Part shown: positions 21,755 through 31,398 of the stretch, piece after piece
How positions within the stretch are numbered: the stretch's first letter is position 1
How the letters are laid out: every line of letters starts with the position of its first letter
Assembly (NCBI GenBank): GCA_046045965.1
Contig: JBJOKS010000006.1
Span: 96,001-160,000 of the forward strand
From: Cyanobacteriota bacterium
GTDB lineage: Bacteria > Cyanobacteriota > Cyanobacteriia > Cyanobacteriales > Nostocaceae
Direction: 5' to 3'
DNA: 64,000 nt
Position numbers and translations under genes: made by a program
The notes under the pieces: model-generated
Database searches by the model: none
The model's input: only the letters and a program-made list of their open reading frames with translations
What the model was told of the DNA's origin: nothing

Positions 21755-22492
21755 TTGGCAACTATAAAATGTAGAAACATCACGTTTTCTCATATTCAAG
21801 CGATTTTATTTGATAAAAATGGGACATTAGAAGACTCAGAAGCTTATTTGCGATCGCTCGGACAAAAAGGAGCGCGGATGATAGACGCGCAAATTCCCGG
21901 TATTGGCGAACCTTTATTAATGGCTTTTGGTATAAATGGCGATCGCTTAGATCCGGCTGGTTTAATAGCCGTAGCTAGTCGCAAAGAAACAGAAGTAGCC
22001 GCAGCGGCCTATATAGCTGAAACAGGTAGAGGATGGTTTGAGTCCTTAAAAATTGCCCGTCAAGCCCTAGCAGAAGCTGAAAAATACGTGAATAAAACCC
22101 CCTCACCTCTGTTTCCTGGTAGCTTAGAAGTTTTAAAATCTCTCTCAGCAGCAGGTCTAAAACTAGGTATCCTCTCAGCTGCAACAACTCAGGATGTGCA
22201 GAAATTTGTCATCACTCATCATTTAAGAGATTACCTACAATTAGAAATGGGAGTTGATGAAGGTCCGAGTAAACCAGATCCCATTTTATTTCTACACGCT
22301 TGTCAAACTTTAGGTGTACAACCGGGAGCTACTTTGATGGTAGGCGATTCTGTTGGTGATATGCAAATGGCGAGAGATGGTAAAGCCGCAGGTTGTATAG
22401 GTATTACTTGGATTGATAATTTAGGTAATGTTCAAGGTGCTGATGTCGTGATTAATAAACTTGAGGAAATTCAGATTTTAGAGGATGTCTGA
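21755..22492 (+). CDS. HAD-family hydrolase
   Basis: ILFDKNGTL, SKPDP, MVGDSVGD. TTG at 21755 preferred because the longer ORF overlaps the rpsA terminator. Confidence 0.85.
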   Translation: MATIKCRNITFSHIQAILFDKNGTLEDSEAYLRSLGQKGARMIDAQIPGIGEPLLMAFGINGDRLDPAGLIAVASRKETEVAAAAYIAETGRGWFESLKIARQALAEAEKYVNKTPSPLFPGSLEVLKSLSAAGLKLGILSAATTQDVQKFVITHHLRDYLQLEMGVDEGPSKPDPILFLHACQTLGVQPGATLMVGDSVGDMQMARDGKAAGCIGITWIDNLGNVQGADVVINKLEEIQILEDV

Positions 22493-22615
22493 GAAGTATT
22501 TTTAAGAGTGATTTAGAGAGATCAATACAATATTTACAATACTTTTCTTCCTTGTCAACAAAGTACGAATTTCTGATACAATCAAAAATCCGACTCCTTT
22601 AACATAGATTGATGT

Positions 22616-24019
22616 ATGAGCAAGGGTACACTATTTGACAAAGTTTGGGACTTACACACCGTTGGTACACTGCCATCAGGATTAACACAACTATTTATTG
22701 GACTACATCTTATTCATGAAGTTACCAGTCCCCAAGCCTTTGCTATGCTCAAGGAGCGGGATTTAAAAGTATTATTCCCAGAACGGACAATAGCCACAGT
22801 TGATCATATCGTTCCCACAGAAAACCAAGCTCGTCCCTTTGTGGATAGCATGGCCGAAGAAATGATCCAGGCATTAGAAAAGAGTTGTCAAGAAAATGAC
22901 ATAACTTTTTACAATATTGGTTCAGGAAATCAAGGTATAGTTCACGTTATTGCACCAGAACTGGGACTCACCCAACCAGGAATGACCATTGCTTGTGGAG
23001 ATAGCCACACATCCAGTCATGGTGCATTTGGAGCGATCGCCTTTGGTATTGGTACAAGCCAAGTTAGAGACGTTCTCGCCTCCCAAACTCTATCATTATC
23101 TAAACTCAAAGTCCGCAAAATCGAAGTTAACGGCAACTTAAAACCTGGAGTTTACGCCAAAGACGTAATTTTGCATATTATCCGTACATTAGGCGTAAAA
23201 GGTGGAGTAGGCTACGCTTATGAATTTGCAGGAACCACCTTTGCACAGATGAACATGGAAGAACGGATGACCGTTTGTAACATGGCCATAGAAGGTGGTG
23301 CAAGATGCGGTTACGTCAACCCCGACCAAATTACTTACGACTACCTAAAAAATAGAGACTTCGCCCCCAAAGGTGCAGACTGGGACAAAGCCCTTGCTTG
23401 GTGGGAATCTCTGCGGAGTGATGCCGAAGCCGAATATGATGATGTGGTAGTATTTAATGCCGAAGACATTCCCCCCACAGTCACATGGGGAATTACACCA
23501 GGTCAAGGAATAGGTGTAGATGAAAAAGTCCCCACAGCCGGAGAACTGCTAGAAGAAGACCGCTTCATAGCCGAAGAAGCATATCGCTACATGGACTTAT
23601 ATCCAGGTCAACCCATCCAAGGGACAAAAATTGACGTTTGCTTTATCGGTAGCTGTACCAACGGACGCATCAGCGACCTGAGAGAAGCCGCCAAAATAGC
23701 CAAAGGACGCAAAGTTGCAGAAGGTGTGAAAGCTTTCGTCGTTCCTGGTTCAGAAAGAGTCAAAAAAGAAGCCGAAGCCGAAGGACTAGATAAAATCTTC
23801 GTTGCAGCAGGTTTCGAGTGGAGAGAACCAGGGTGTTCCATGTGTTTAGCCATGAACCCCGACAAACTGCAAGGAAGACAAATTAGCGCGTCATCATCTA
23901 ACCGCAACTTTAAGGGAAGACAAGGTTCCGCTTCCGGTCGCACCTTACTCATGAGTCCCGCAATGGTAGCCACCGCAGCTATTAAAGGAGAAGTCGCTGA
24001 CGTGCGTGAATTCTTCTAA
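22616..24019 (+). CDS. leuC: 3-isopropylmalate dehydratase large subunit
   Basis: [40 protein letters not shown]. Confidence 0.98.
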   Translation: MSKGTLFDKVWDLHTVGTLPSGLTQLFIGLHLIHEVTSPQAFAMLKERDLKVLFPERTIATVDHIVPTENQARPFVDSMAEEMIQALEKSCQENDITFYNIGSGNQGIVHVIAPELGLTQPGMTIACGDSHTSSHGAFGAIAFGIGTSQVRDVLASQTLSLSKLKVRKIEVNGNLKPGVYAKDVILHIIRTLGVKGGVGYAYEFAGTTFAQMNMEERMTVCNMAIEGGARCGYVNPDQITYDYLKNRDFAPKGADWDKALAWWESLRSDAEAEYDDVVVFNAEDIPPTVTWGITPGQGIGVDEKVPTAGELLEEDRFIAEEAYRYMDLYPGQPIQGTKIDVCFIGSCTNGRISDLREAAKIAKGRKVAEGVKAFVVPGSERVKKEAEAEGLDKIFVAAGFEWREPGCSMCLAMNPDKLQGRQISASSSNRNFKGRQGSASGRTLLMSPAMVATAAIKGEVADVREFF

Positions 24020-24117
24020 TAACCCTGAATAACCCTTGTGGGGTGGGCATCTTGCCCGCCCATAACAAAAAAATCTCTCTTAAACTCTTTCCTTCGTGCC
24101 TTCGTGGTTCATTAATT

Positions 24118-24726
24118 ATGGTAAGTGAAGTAAAACAAATATCCAGTACCGCCGTTCCCCTCATCGGTAACGACATCGACACAGACAGAATTATACCCGC
24201 CCGCTATTTAAAAGCAGTCACCTTTGACGGCTTAGGAGAAGGTGTATTTATCGACGACAGAAAAGCCTTAAACGGTCAACATCCCTTTGACCTACCCCAA
24301 TACCAAGGAGCGAAAATATTAATAGTTAACCGCAACTTTGGCTGTGGTTCATCAAGAGAACACGCACCCCAGGCCTTAGCCAAATGGGGAATTAAAGCGA
24401 TAATTGGTGAAAGCTTCGCAGAAATATTCTTTGGTAACTGCGTCGCTATGGGGATACCTTGCGTAACAGCCGAACCTAGCATAGTTAAACAAATGCAAGA
24501 ATTAGTCACCGCGAACCCTCAAGCAATCTTTATCATAGATGTGGAAAAATTGCAAGTACAGATTGGTGATTTTATTACCCCAGTGGTGATGGGAGAAGGA
24601 ACAAGAACCGCTTTTGTTTCTGGGACTTGGGACGCTTGCGGACAGTTGGTAGCAAATGCAGAACAGGTAAAGGCGATCGCATCGAAATTACCTTATATTG
24701 GTTGGGGTAAATTAGCCGCAAGTTAG
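24118..24726 (+). CDS. leuD: 3-isopropylmalate dehydratase small subunit
   Basis: [28 protein letters not shown] at 24118. Confidence 0.97.
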   Translation: MVSEVKQISSTAVPLIGNDIDTDRIIPARYLKAVTFDGLGEGVFIDDRKALNGQHPFDLPQYQGAKILIVNRNFGCGSSREHAPQALAKWGIKAIIGESFAEIFFGNCVAMGIPCVTAEPSIVKQMQELVTANPQAIFIIDVEKLQVQIGDFITPVVMGEGTRTAFVSGTWDACGQLVANAEQVKAIASKLPYIGWGKLAAS

Positions 24727-24749
24727 TTTGATCCCCCCAACCCCCCTTA

Positions 24750-24923
24750 GAGGTTGTTTGAAAAGTCTAATGTATTACCCCACCTAGCGACTAGAAGTCG
24801 TGGCTAAACAGACAAAACCCACCTACATGGGTTTCAAAACCTTGATTTTCCATTAGTCCACGCAGGTGGACTTGGTTTGTGTAGTAGCGAATTATATTCG
24901 CCCAAAACTTTTAAAACATCCTC
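24750..24923. mobile_element. MITE, 174 bp, with TTA target duplication
   Basis: TIRs GAGGTTGTTTGAAAAGT / ACTTTTAAAACATCCTC (15/17); TTA at 24747-49 and 24924-26. Confidence 0.8.
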
Positions 24924-24991
24924 TTAAAAAGGGGGCTAAATTACTTAAAATCGCCTAAAATTGTTTCTACAATTAGGGAATTAATTATGAG

Positions 24992-25450
24992 ATGAATGCA
25001 ATTAATTATTGGTTAATGAAATCAGAACCAGCAGTTTATAGTATTACTGACTTACAACAGCAAAGTGAGACAATTTGGGACGGTGTGCGTAATTATCAAG
25101 CACGTAATTTCTTGAGACAAATGCAAATAGGAGATTTAGCTTTTTTCTATCATTCTAATGCTGAACCTCCTGGTGTTTTTGGGTTAATGCGAATAATTGA
25201 AACAGGAATTCCTGACCCTACACAATTTGACGTAAATAGTAAATATTATGATCCTAAATCTACTCCAGAATCTCCCCGCTGGCAAACAGTAAAAGTAGAA
25301 TTTGTAGAGGTATTTTCTCAACCTATTTCCTTATCTACACTTAAATAAAAATTTAGTGAAGATGAATTATTAGTGGTGAAAAAAGGAAATCGCTTATCAG
25401 TAATACCTATTTTGGCAGCAGTAGCTAAAAAGATTTTGGACATGAATTGA
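24992..25450 (+). pseudogene. EVE-domain protein interrupted by an in-frame TAA
   Basis: YWLMKSEP and WDGVRNYQARN motifs. After TAA 25346-48 the frame continues KFSEDELLVVKKGNRLSVIPI... to TGA at 25450. Confidence 0.8.
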
Positions 25451-25802
25451 GTGATTATGTACCGAGTATATTCTTGACTCATCTTCTATGAAATTAGAAA
25501 TCATTTGAAAAGTAGTATTTTTTGTCAAGATAGATTAGACTAGAAATAGAACTAAATTGTCATGGTTTGGAATTCACAACTTTTATTTAAAAAAGAAACT
25601 CAACTAACAACTTACCTGACAATAGATTACATTCAAATATAGCCAAAAGTTTCCAGCGATAAATAAAGAGCAAGCATTCATGGTGTTGTAGTAAATATAA
25701 CCAGAAAATGCCAGTTTGGAAACATTGTCAGAACTGAAGAAAATTTTTCTGGCAAGCTTTTGAGTTAATCTAGTTTTTTCCCTATTCAAAGAGAATTTTG
25801 TT

Positions 25803-26036
25803 ATGCTTAACGGACCATTGCATGAACAACCTCGTAACCAACGAGCCACTGTAATTCGTACAAGTAATGAATTTGTACTGCTAGAATGGCTAAAGTCCAC
25901 TGGACGTTTAATAGCGCGTGAACCTGTAGAGTCTGAGCATCTCAAGGAAGTGGAAGAAATTTCAGAGATTATAGACCTCGATGATCTCACCTATGATAAT
26001 GATGATGATGACACAGATTTAGATTTAGAAGATTAG
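25803..26036 (+). CDS. DUF3134-family small protein
   Basis: LHEQPRNQRATVI...LLEWLKSTGRLIARE plus an acidic tail. Confidence 0.75.
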   Translation: MLNGPLHEQPRNQRATVIRTSNEFVLLEWLKSTGRLIAREPVESEHLKEVEEISEIIDLDDLTYDNDDDDTDLDLED

Positions 26037-26128
26037 TATAACTAGGCAGAAAGCACGAGGCAGAATGTAATTTGTAGCTGTCCTGTGATTTCTGCCGTTA
26101 TCAGTAATTTTACAGCATTTGCGTGAAA

Positions 26129-27541
26129 CTAATCTTTAATCAACTTCTCCAACGCTACCTGCAAATCTTTTGTTAATTCACTCACACCCTTTCTAGAAGC
26201 CTGTTTATTTCCTTGACAATTCTCCCATCTTTCACTCACAGAGATCGGTTCACCAACAATAATCATCGACTGTTTTAAACCTAAACGCGGCCTTCCTGGT
26301 AAAGTAGAATCTTGAATGCGAGACAGCATATCAAACATTAATAAAGTCGTTTCTGCAAATCTATCAGCCGTGGGTTTTTCTTGAATATAATTAGCTGTAA
26401 CTGCTACAAAACTTTCTGCTATTCTCATGTGTTGCATTTTCAAATCTGCTTCCTCCGCTACCCAGTCAGCCAGACCACGTTTAAAAGGTGGTAAACTATG
26501 AATATGCTCTATATCATCTCGATAAATATAATTCCAACCAGCTTCTTCTAACCTGCGACATCTATCAATAAAAGTTCCTTGGGCTGAAACATTAAAATAT
26601 TCTTCAGCAACCTGTAACGCTGTATCCATCAAATTTCTTAACCTAGCAATTAAAACCTCGTTGGGGTTAGCTGTTTCTTCAGCAGTAATGACTGGTAAAT
26701 CTCGATGATAGAAACGACGATAAAAGACTTCCATTTCTGTGACTAAATATTCTGCTAAATGGAAAATACGCTGATATAAAATTTCTGCTCTATTCTTGCC
26801 AGTTTGATTAATTTGTGTAACTTTTAAACCGCTATCAGCTTCTAATTTAGATAACAGCCAATCTATTTTTTCCCAAGGTGGGTTAACATAACTATATTTA
26901 ATAGCAATTGGGATAATAAAAACAGTTTCTTCACGGTTAGCTTTTTGCAAATCTTCCACACACCAAAAACCCAACTGTGCTACACCTGGTTCTAAAGGAC
27001 TGACAATACCACTATGACCATTTGTACCACCTTCAGGAGCGATCGCAATCGGCATTTTCGCATTTACAAATAAATTTCGTGCCATTTGAATTGCATTTCT
27101 GTCTACTTTTCTTCCCCTGCGAATAGGTACACCCCCAGCACGCGAGAATAACCATCCTAACCATTTTCCTGCCCATAAAGTCATCCCCCTTTCATACATA
27201 AAATGACTATGAACTGGGTATTTTAAATCAATTCCTTTTTCCCTTGCTACTTTAGGAACCATGCGAGAAAGTAAATATAACATTGACAGGGGATCTTCAA
27301 CTTCTGGATGACGAAAAGCAATTAAAAACCGAATTTTTCCTGCTTGAAATTCATGATATAATTTAGCTAAAACTTCAGTATTTTTAGCTTCAATTTTCAC
27401 AATACCAGCAGGTAGCCAAGGTCTGGTTCTCACTCGTAAAATAAAAGGGAGAAACCAAGACATGATCTTAAGTACCCAAGGTTGAAAATTTGGGGGAATA
27501 AATTTTAATGGTGGTTGGGTGGAATGAATAGACTTAGGCAA
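26129..27541 (-). CDS. Phospholipid/glycerol acyltransferase family protein
   Basis: FRHPEVED (HX4D) and APEGGTNG motifs; TTG start. Confidence 0.8.
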   Translation of the reverse strand: MPKSIHSTQPPLKFIPPNFQPWVLKIMSWFLPFILRVRTRPWLPAGIVKIEAKNTEVLAKLYHEFQAGKIRFLIAFRHPEVEDPLSMLYLLSRMVPKVAREKGIDLKYPVHSHFMYERGMTLWAGKWLGWLFSRAGGVPIRRGRKVDRNAIQMARNLFVNAKMPIAIAPEGGTNGHSGIVSPLEPGVAQLGFWCVEDLQKANREETVFIIPIAIKYSYVNPPWEKIDWLLSKLEADSGLKVTQINQTGKNRAEILYQRIFHLAEYLVTEMEVFYRRFYHRDLPVITAEETANPNEVLIARLRNLMDTALQVAEEYFNVSAQGTFIDRCRRLEEAGWNYIYRDDIEHIHSLPPFKRGLADWVAEEADLKMQHMRIAESFVAVTANYIQEKPTADRFAETTLLMFDMLSRIQDSTLPGRPRLGLKQSMIIVGEPISVSERWENCQGNKQASRKGVSELTKDLQVALEKLIKD

Positions 27542-27695
27542 TTTTTTGCTCCTATGTTCAGGGAAATAAAAAGCGATTGCACTTACACTAATTTTATGTG
27601 AATATTATGCAAATATGTAAAACTGTAAAAAATAAAACTACTCAAATTATCTGCGTTCATCTGCGTTCATCTGCGTTCCCTAAAAACTAAAAAAT

Positions 27696-28328
27696 ATGAA
27701 CACAACCCCAGAACAAAAACAATTTGCACCAGCAACCCAACGCAACCGCGAACCCATTTTAGAGGTACTTCAACAAATCTTACCCACAACAGGAACAATT
27801 TTAGAAATAGCCAGTGGAACAGGAGAACACGCAGTATTTTTTGCACCTCATCTAGCACCGCGAAAATGGCTACCCTCTGACCCAAACCCTCTATTAAGAG
27901 ACAGTATCAAAGCTTGGATAGCAGAATGTAAAAGTAATAATATTTACCCTCCTTTAGATTTAGATGCTCAGTTACCCGTTTGGCCAGTTGAAAAACAAAC
28001 ATTTACAGACTCGGCAATTGCCGCTATTGTTAACATTAACATGATTCACATTTCCCCTTGGTCAGCTTGTTTAGGACTCATGGCTGGGGCTGGACGGATT
28101 TTACCCCCAGATGGTATCCTTTACTTATACGGACCCTATAAACAAAACGGTCAACATACCGCACCCAGTAACGCTGCTTTTGATGAGTCGTTACAATTAC
28201 AAAACCCAGAGTGGGGAGTGCGTAATTTAGAAGATGTGGTACAAGCAGCAAAAGCTGAAAATTTGACATTGCAGAAAATTTACCAAATGCCAGCCAATAA
28301 TTTATCAGTTGTCTTCCAAAGAAATTAA
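27696..28328 (+). CDS. DUF938 class I SAM-dependent methyltransferase
   Basis: APATQRNREPIL, LEIASGTGEH, INMIHISPW, MPANN. Confidence 0.9.
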   Translation: MNTTPEQKQFAPATQRNREPILEVLQQILPTTGTILEIASGTGEHAVFFAPHLAPRKWLPSDPNPLLRDSIKAWIAECKSNNIYPPLDLDAQLPVWPVEKQTFTDSAIAAIVNINMIHISPWSACLGLMAGAGRILPPDGILYLYGPYKQNGQHTAPSNAAFDESLQLQNPEWGVRNLEDVVQAAKAENLTLQKIYQMPANNLSVVFQRN

Positions 28329-28338
28329 ACTAAATAAG

Positions 28339-28411
28339 TGGAGGTTAGCGGACTCGAACCGCTGACATCCTGCTTGCAAAGCAGGCGCTCTACCAACTGA
28401 GCTAAACCCCC
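28339..28411 (-). tRNA. tRNA-Ala(TGC)
   Basis: Reverse complement GGGGGTTTAGCTCAGTTGGTAGAGCGCCTGCTTTGCAAGCAGGATGTCAGCGGTTCGAGTCCGCTAACCTCCA: cloverleaf with anticodon TGC and a G3-U70 pair. Confidence 0.97.
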
Positions 28412-28509
28412 GTTTTTCAAGTCAAAATCAAAGAAGTTCGTTTTTTCAGAAACGGGTTAAGTTTAAACTTAAACTAAATAATATCCTATTATTCTTTTTT
28501 TGTAAACAG

Positions 28510-29415
28510 ATGAACCAAGAAAATAACCAAGAAAATATTATAGTTGTAGCTGCGTTGTATAAATTCGTCAGCTTACCCGATTATCAAGAACTGCAAGCAC
28601 CGCTGTTATTATTTTGTCAGCAACAAGACATCAAAGGGACAATTTTACTAGCAAAAGAAGGCGTTAACGGAACTATTGCAGGTTCTCGTTCAGCGATAGA
28701 TGCGGTTTTAGGGTTTCTGCGTAGTGATACTCGGTTAGCAGACTTAGAACATAAAGAATCTTACACAGAAACACCGCCTTTTGAAAAGATGAAAGTGCGG
28801 TTAAAACGAGAAATTGTCACATTGGGAATACCGGAAGTTGACCCAAATGAACAGGTGGGAAATTACGTTAGTCCAAAGGAATGGAATGATTTAATTTCCG
28901 ATCCAGAGGTGACAGTCATTGATACCCGGAATGATTATGAGGTAAGTATAGGAACTTTCAAAAGAGCAGAAAATCCCCAAACGCAGATTTTCCGAGAATT
29001 TCCTGAATACGTGAGTAAAAATCTAGACCCAAATAAACATAAAAAAGTTGCTTTATTCTGTACAGGTGGGATTAGATGCGAAAAAGCCTCATCCTATATG
29101 TTATCACAAGGCTTTGAAGAAGTTTATCATCTCAAAGGCGGTATTCTTAAATATTTAGAAGAAGTCCCCAAAGAAGAAAGTTTGTGGGAAGGGGAATGTT
29201 TTGTATTTGATGAACGGGTTGCAGTGCGTCACGGGTTGGAAGAAGGCAGTCATGAGTTATGCTTTTGTTGCGGTCATCCCATTGCTGAGGCAGATAAAAC
29301 TTCACCTAAGTATGAAGAAGGTATTTCCTGTCCCCACTGTTTTGATAGTTTAACGGAAGAGAAAAAAGCGAGACAACAGGAGAAGTGGAAGCAATATAAG
29401 TTACAGAATTTTTAA
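28510..29415 (+). CDS. trhO: Rhodanese-domain tRNA U34 hydroxylase (TrhO/YceA family)
   Basis: [41 protein letters not shown]. Confidence 0.88.
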   Translation: MNQENNQENIIVVAALYKFVSLPDYQELQAPLLLFCQQQDIKGTILLAKEGVNGTIAGSRSAIDAVLGFLRSDTRLADLEHKESYTETPPFEKMKVRLKREIVTLGIPEVDPNEQVGNYVSPKEWNDLISDPEVTVIDTRNDYEVSIGTFKRAENPQTQIFREFPEYVSKNLDPNKHKKVALFCTGGIRCEKASSYMLSQGFEEVYHLKGGILKYLEEVPKEESLWEGECFVFDERVAVRHGLEEGSHELCFCCGHPIAEADKTSPKYEEGISCPHCFDSLTEEKKARQQEKWKQYKLQNF

Positions 29416-29682
29416 AGCTCACGCAGAGTAGCAGAGAGATAAAACCTCTTTTCTCTGTGTCCTCTGTGTCTCTGTGGTTTGTTACTCATAAATTTTTTAA
29501 ATCTCAAAAATCCAAAAATTTTTCAACTCCCTTTTTTTCGCAATAATCACCCTCTATTCTCAAGATTATTGAGAACATTATCAATAATTTGACGAGAATA
29601 GGTTTTTTCAGCCATTGATATTGACATACTCTTTTTTTCTGGTATCATCTATGTATGATCCAAGGGAGTCATATATCAAGCT

Positions 29683-30369
29683 TCAGTTACTCTTGGATGC
29701 AAGTATTTTGTCAGATAACATAATTTTTGTTCCGTTCACTGCAATTTTTCCTTCTTGAGTGAGTTTGTAAAAAGCGCGAGAAAGGGTTTCAGGAACAGTA
29801 CCTAATAAAGCTGCTAGTTGGGTTTTGGGTAAATCTAATTCGACAACGTTAATATTACCGTTTTTCTGACTTAATTTTAATAAGTAATTGGTTAATCTTT
29901 CTGGGACTTCCTGAAAAGAAAGAGCGTTAACCAGGTGAGTTAAATGTCTCAGATGTCGTGCAAAAGTTCCCAACATTGATATTGCTAAAGTTGGATGTTG
30001 TTGTAAAACCATGAAAAATGAAGTTCTGGGAATAAACACAACTTCAGAAATTTCTATTGCTGCTGCGGATGCGGGGAAGTTTCCACCATCAAAAGCGGGA
30101 ACTTCTGCAAAATATTCTGAGGTTTCAAAGATGTGTAATATTTGTTCTTTACCGTTATTTGCTACTTTAAATACTTTGATTTTACCAGATTTAACAATAA
30201 AAAATCCCGTTGCTGTGTCCCCTTCCCAAAATAGGGTTTCGTTTTTTTTGTAAGTTTGGAGAATGGAAATATTCGCAACTGCTTGGAGTTGTTCGTCAAT
30301 GATGTTTTGAAATATTGGTGTTGTGTGGAGGAAGTTTTTAACTTCTAGGACTTTTTCGGTGAGAGTCAT
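29683..30369 (-). CDS. Crp/Fnr-family transcriptional regulator (probable hcp regulator)
   Basis: cNMP domain plus HTH LAALLGTVPETLSR; located near hcp. Confidence 0.88.
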   Translation of the reverse strand: MTLTEKVLEVKNFLHTTPIFQNIIDEQLQAVANISILQTYKKNETLFWEGDTATGFFIVKSGKIKVFKVANNGKEQILHIFETSEYFAEVPAFDGGNFPASAAAIEISEVVFIPRTSFFMVLQQHPTLAISMLGTFARHLRHLTHLVNALSFQEVPERLTNYLLKLSQKNGNINVVELDLPKTQLAALLGTVPETLSRAFYKLTQEGKIAVNGTKIMLSDKILASKSN

Positions 30370-30376
30370 GGGGATG

Positions 30377-30420
30377 ATGTCTGATTCAGGATATCCAGGA
30401 TTTAAGGATGTACAGGATGA
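30377..30420 (+). repeat. 44-bp dispersed repeat with 9-bp AGGAT periodicity, copy 1
   Basis: 41/44 identical to 56308-56351. Confidence 0.8.
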
Positions 30421-30490
30421 AATAGGGATTTAATATCTAAGAATATCTAAGTTTTGTGAAAGCACAAGTAGGGGAAATTAACAAAAAAAT

Positions 30491-30817
30491 TCAGGAGGAA
30501 ATAACTTTTGTTTGCACATTGATATCAACATTTAGCTTTTTCCTTAAAACATTAAAAATTGCAGTTAGATTATCCATTGTTGGATTACCTTTTGCAGATA
30601 ACATTCGATGAAGACTCTTACTTGGTTTAGAAGTTTCAATTGCTAACTGTTCAAAACCTACTGTTGCATTAACAATGTCTCTTAAAATAAGTCTTGCTGT
30701 TTCCGGTTCACCGTTGAGGAAAAGAGATATAGCTTCATCAAATAAAGCTATGACAAACTCAGGATCTTTTTGGAATCTTGCATTAACAGTTTCTTGAAAG
30801 TCTCTAGTAAGTGTCAT
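30491..30817 (-). CDS. Addiction-module antidote (HTH antitoxin)
   Basis: GFEQLAIETSKPSKSLHRMLSAKGNPTMDNL; 5 bp downstream of the toxin gene. Confidence 0.8.
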   Translation of the reverse strand: MTLTRDFQETVNARFQKDPEFVIALFDEAISLFLNGEPETARLILRDIVNATVGFEQLAIETSKPSKSLHRMLSAKGNPTMDNLTAIFNVLRKKLNVDINVQTKVISS

Positions 30818-30822
30818 AGTAA

Positions 30823-31194
30823 CTACCTCTTATATCCTGTCTCGTTTTCAGCGTCTTGCGTTTTCCTAACTTCTTTTTTTCGTCTTTTGTACTCTTGGTA
30901 TAATTCCTTAGCACGATTAATATCAGATTGCTGATTTTTCTTTGTCCCTCCACCAAATAATATTATCAGTTGCTTACCATCCTGAGCTAAATAAATCCGA
31001 TATCCTGGACCCCAATCAATCCTATATTCACCTATGCCATCAAACCATTTAACATTTGATGTATTTCCTAACTGCAAACGAGACTTAGCAACTGTTACTT
31101 TTGCAGCAGCTTTGGCATCTAAGCTATCAAACCATTCTTGGTAAGGGCTTGAACCATCTTCTTGAATATATTCTTGAACTTTGATAATAGACAT
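30823..31194 (-). CDS. RelE/ParE-family addiction-module toxin
   Basis: [30 protein letters not shown]. Confidence 0.85.
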   Translation of the reverse strand: MSIIKVQEYIQEDGSSPYQEWFDSLDAKAAAKVTVAKSRLQLGNTSNVKWFDGIGEYRIDWGPGYRIYLAQDGKQLIILFGGGTKKNQQSDINRAKELYQEYKRRKKEVRKTQDAENETGYKR

Positions 31195-31328
31195 AAAATC
31201 ATGGTAACTTATGTGTTACTATAATTCAAGTGGTTCTAGTGTAAATAAATTTAATGACAAATTAATTACAAATCAATAAATTTTAATAAATATGTACTAA
31301 AAAACTTTACCAAACTTTACCAATACAC

Positions 31329-31342
31329 TTGACTTAAATCAA
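31329..31342. promoter_or_regulatory. FNR/HcpR-like box upstream of hcp
   Basis: TTGAC-TTAA-ATCAA matches TTGAT-N4-ATCAA at 9 of 10 positions; 56 nt before the hcp ATG. Confidence 0.7.
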
Positions 31343-31398
31343 GGATATCCCCAATCGCAATGACTAAACTGTAAGCATCAAGAGTTGAGGAACGAATT

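Noticed and set aside
27649..27678. ATCTGCGT(T/C) decamer repeats (also ~50215 and ~63684) and small REP hairpins (15163, 24038, 39636)
   Set aside because: Ordinary Nostocales intergenic repeats with no spacer structure
29547..29627. 26-aa minus-strand ORF MSISMAEKTYSRQ... with an upstream GAG
   Set aside because: Too short and no identifiable family; possibly a gene remnant
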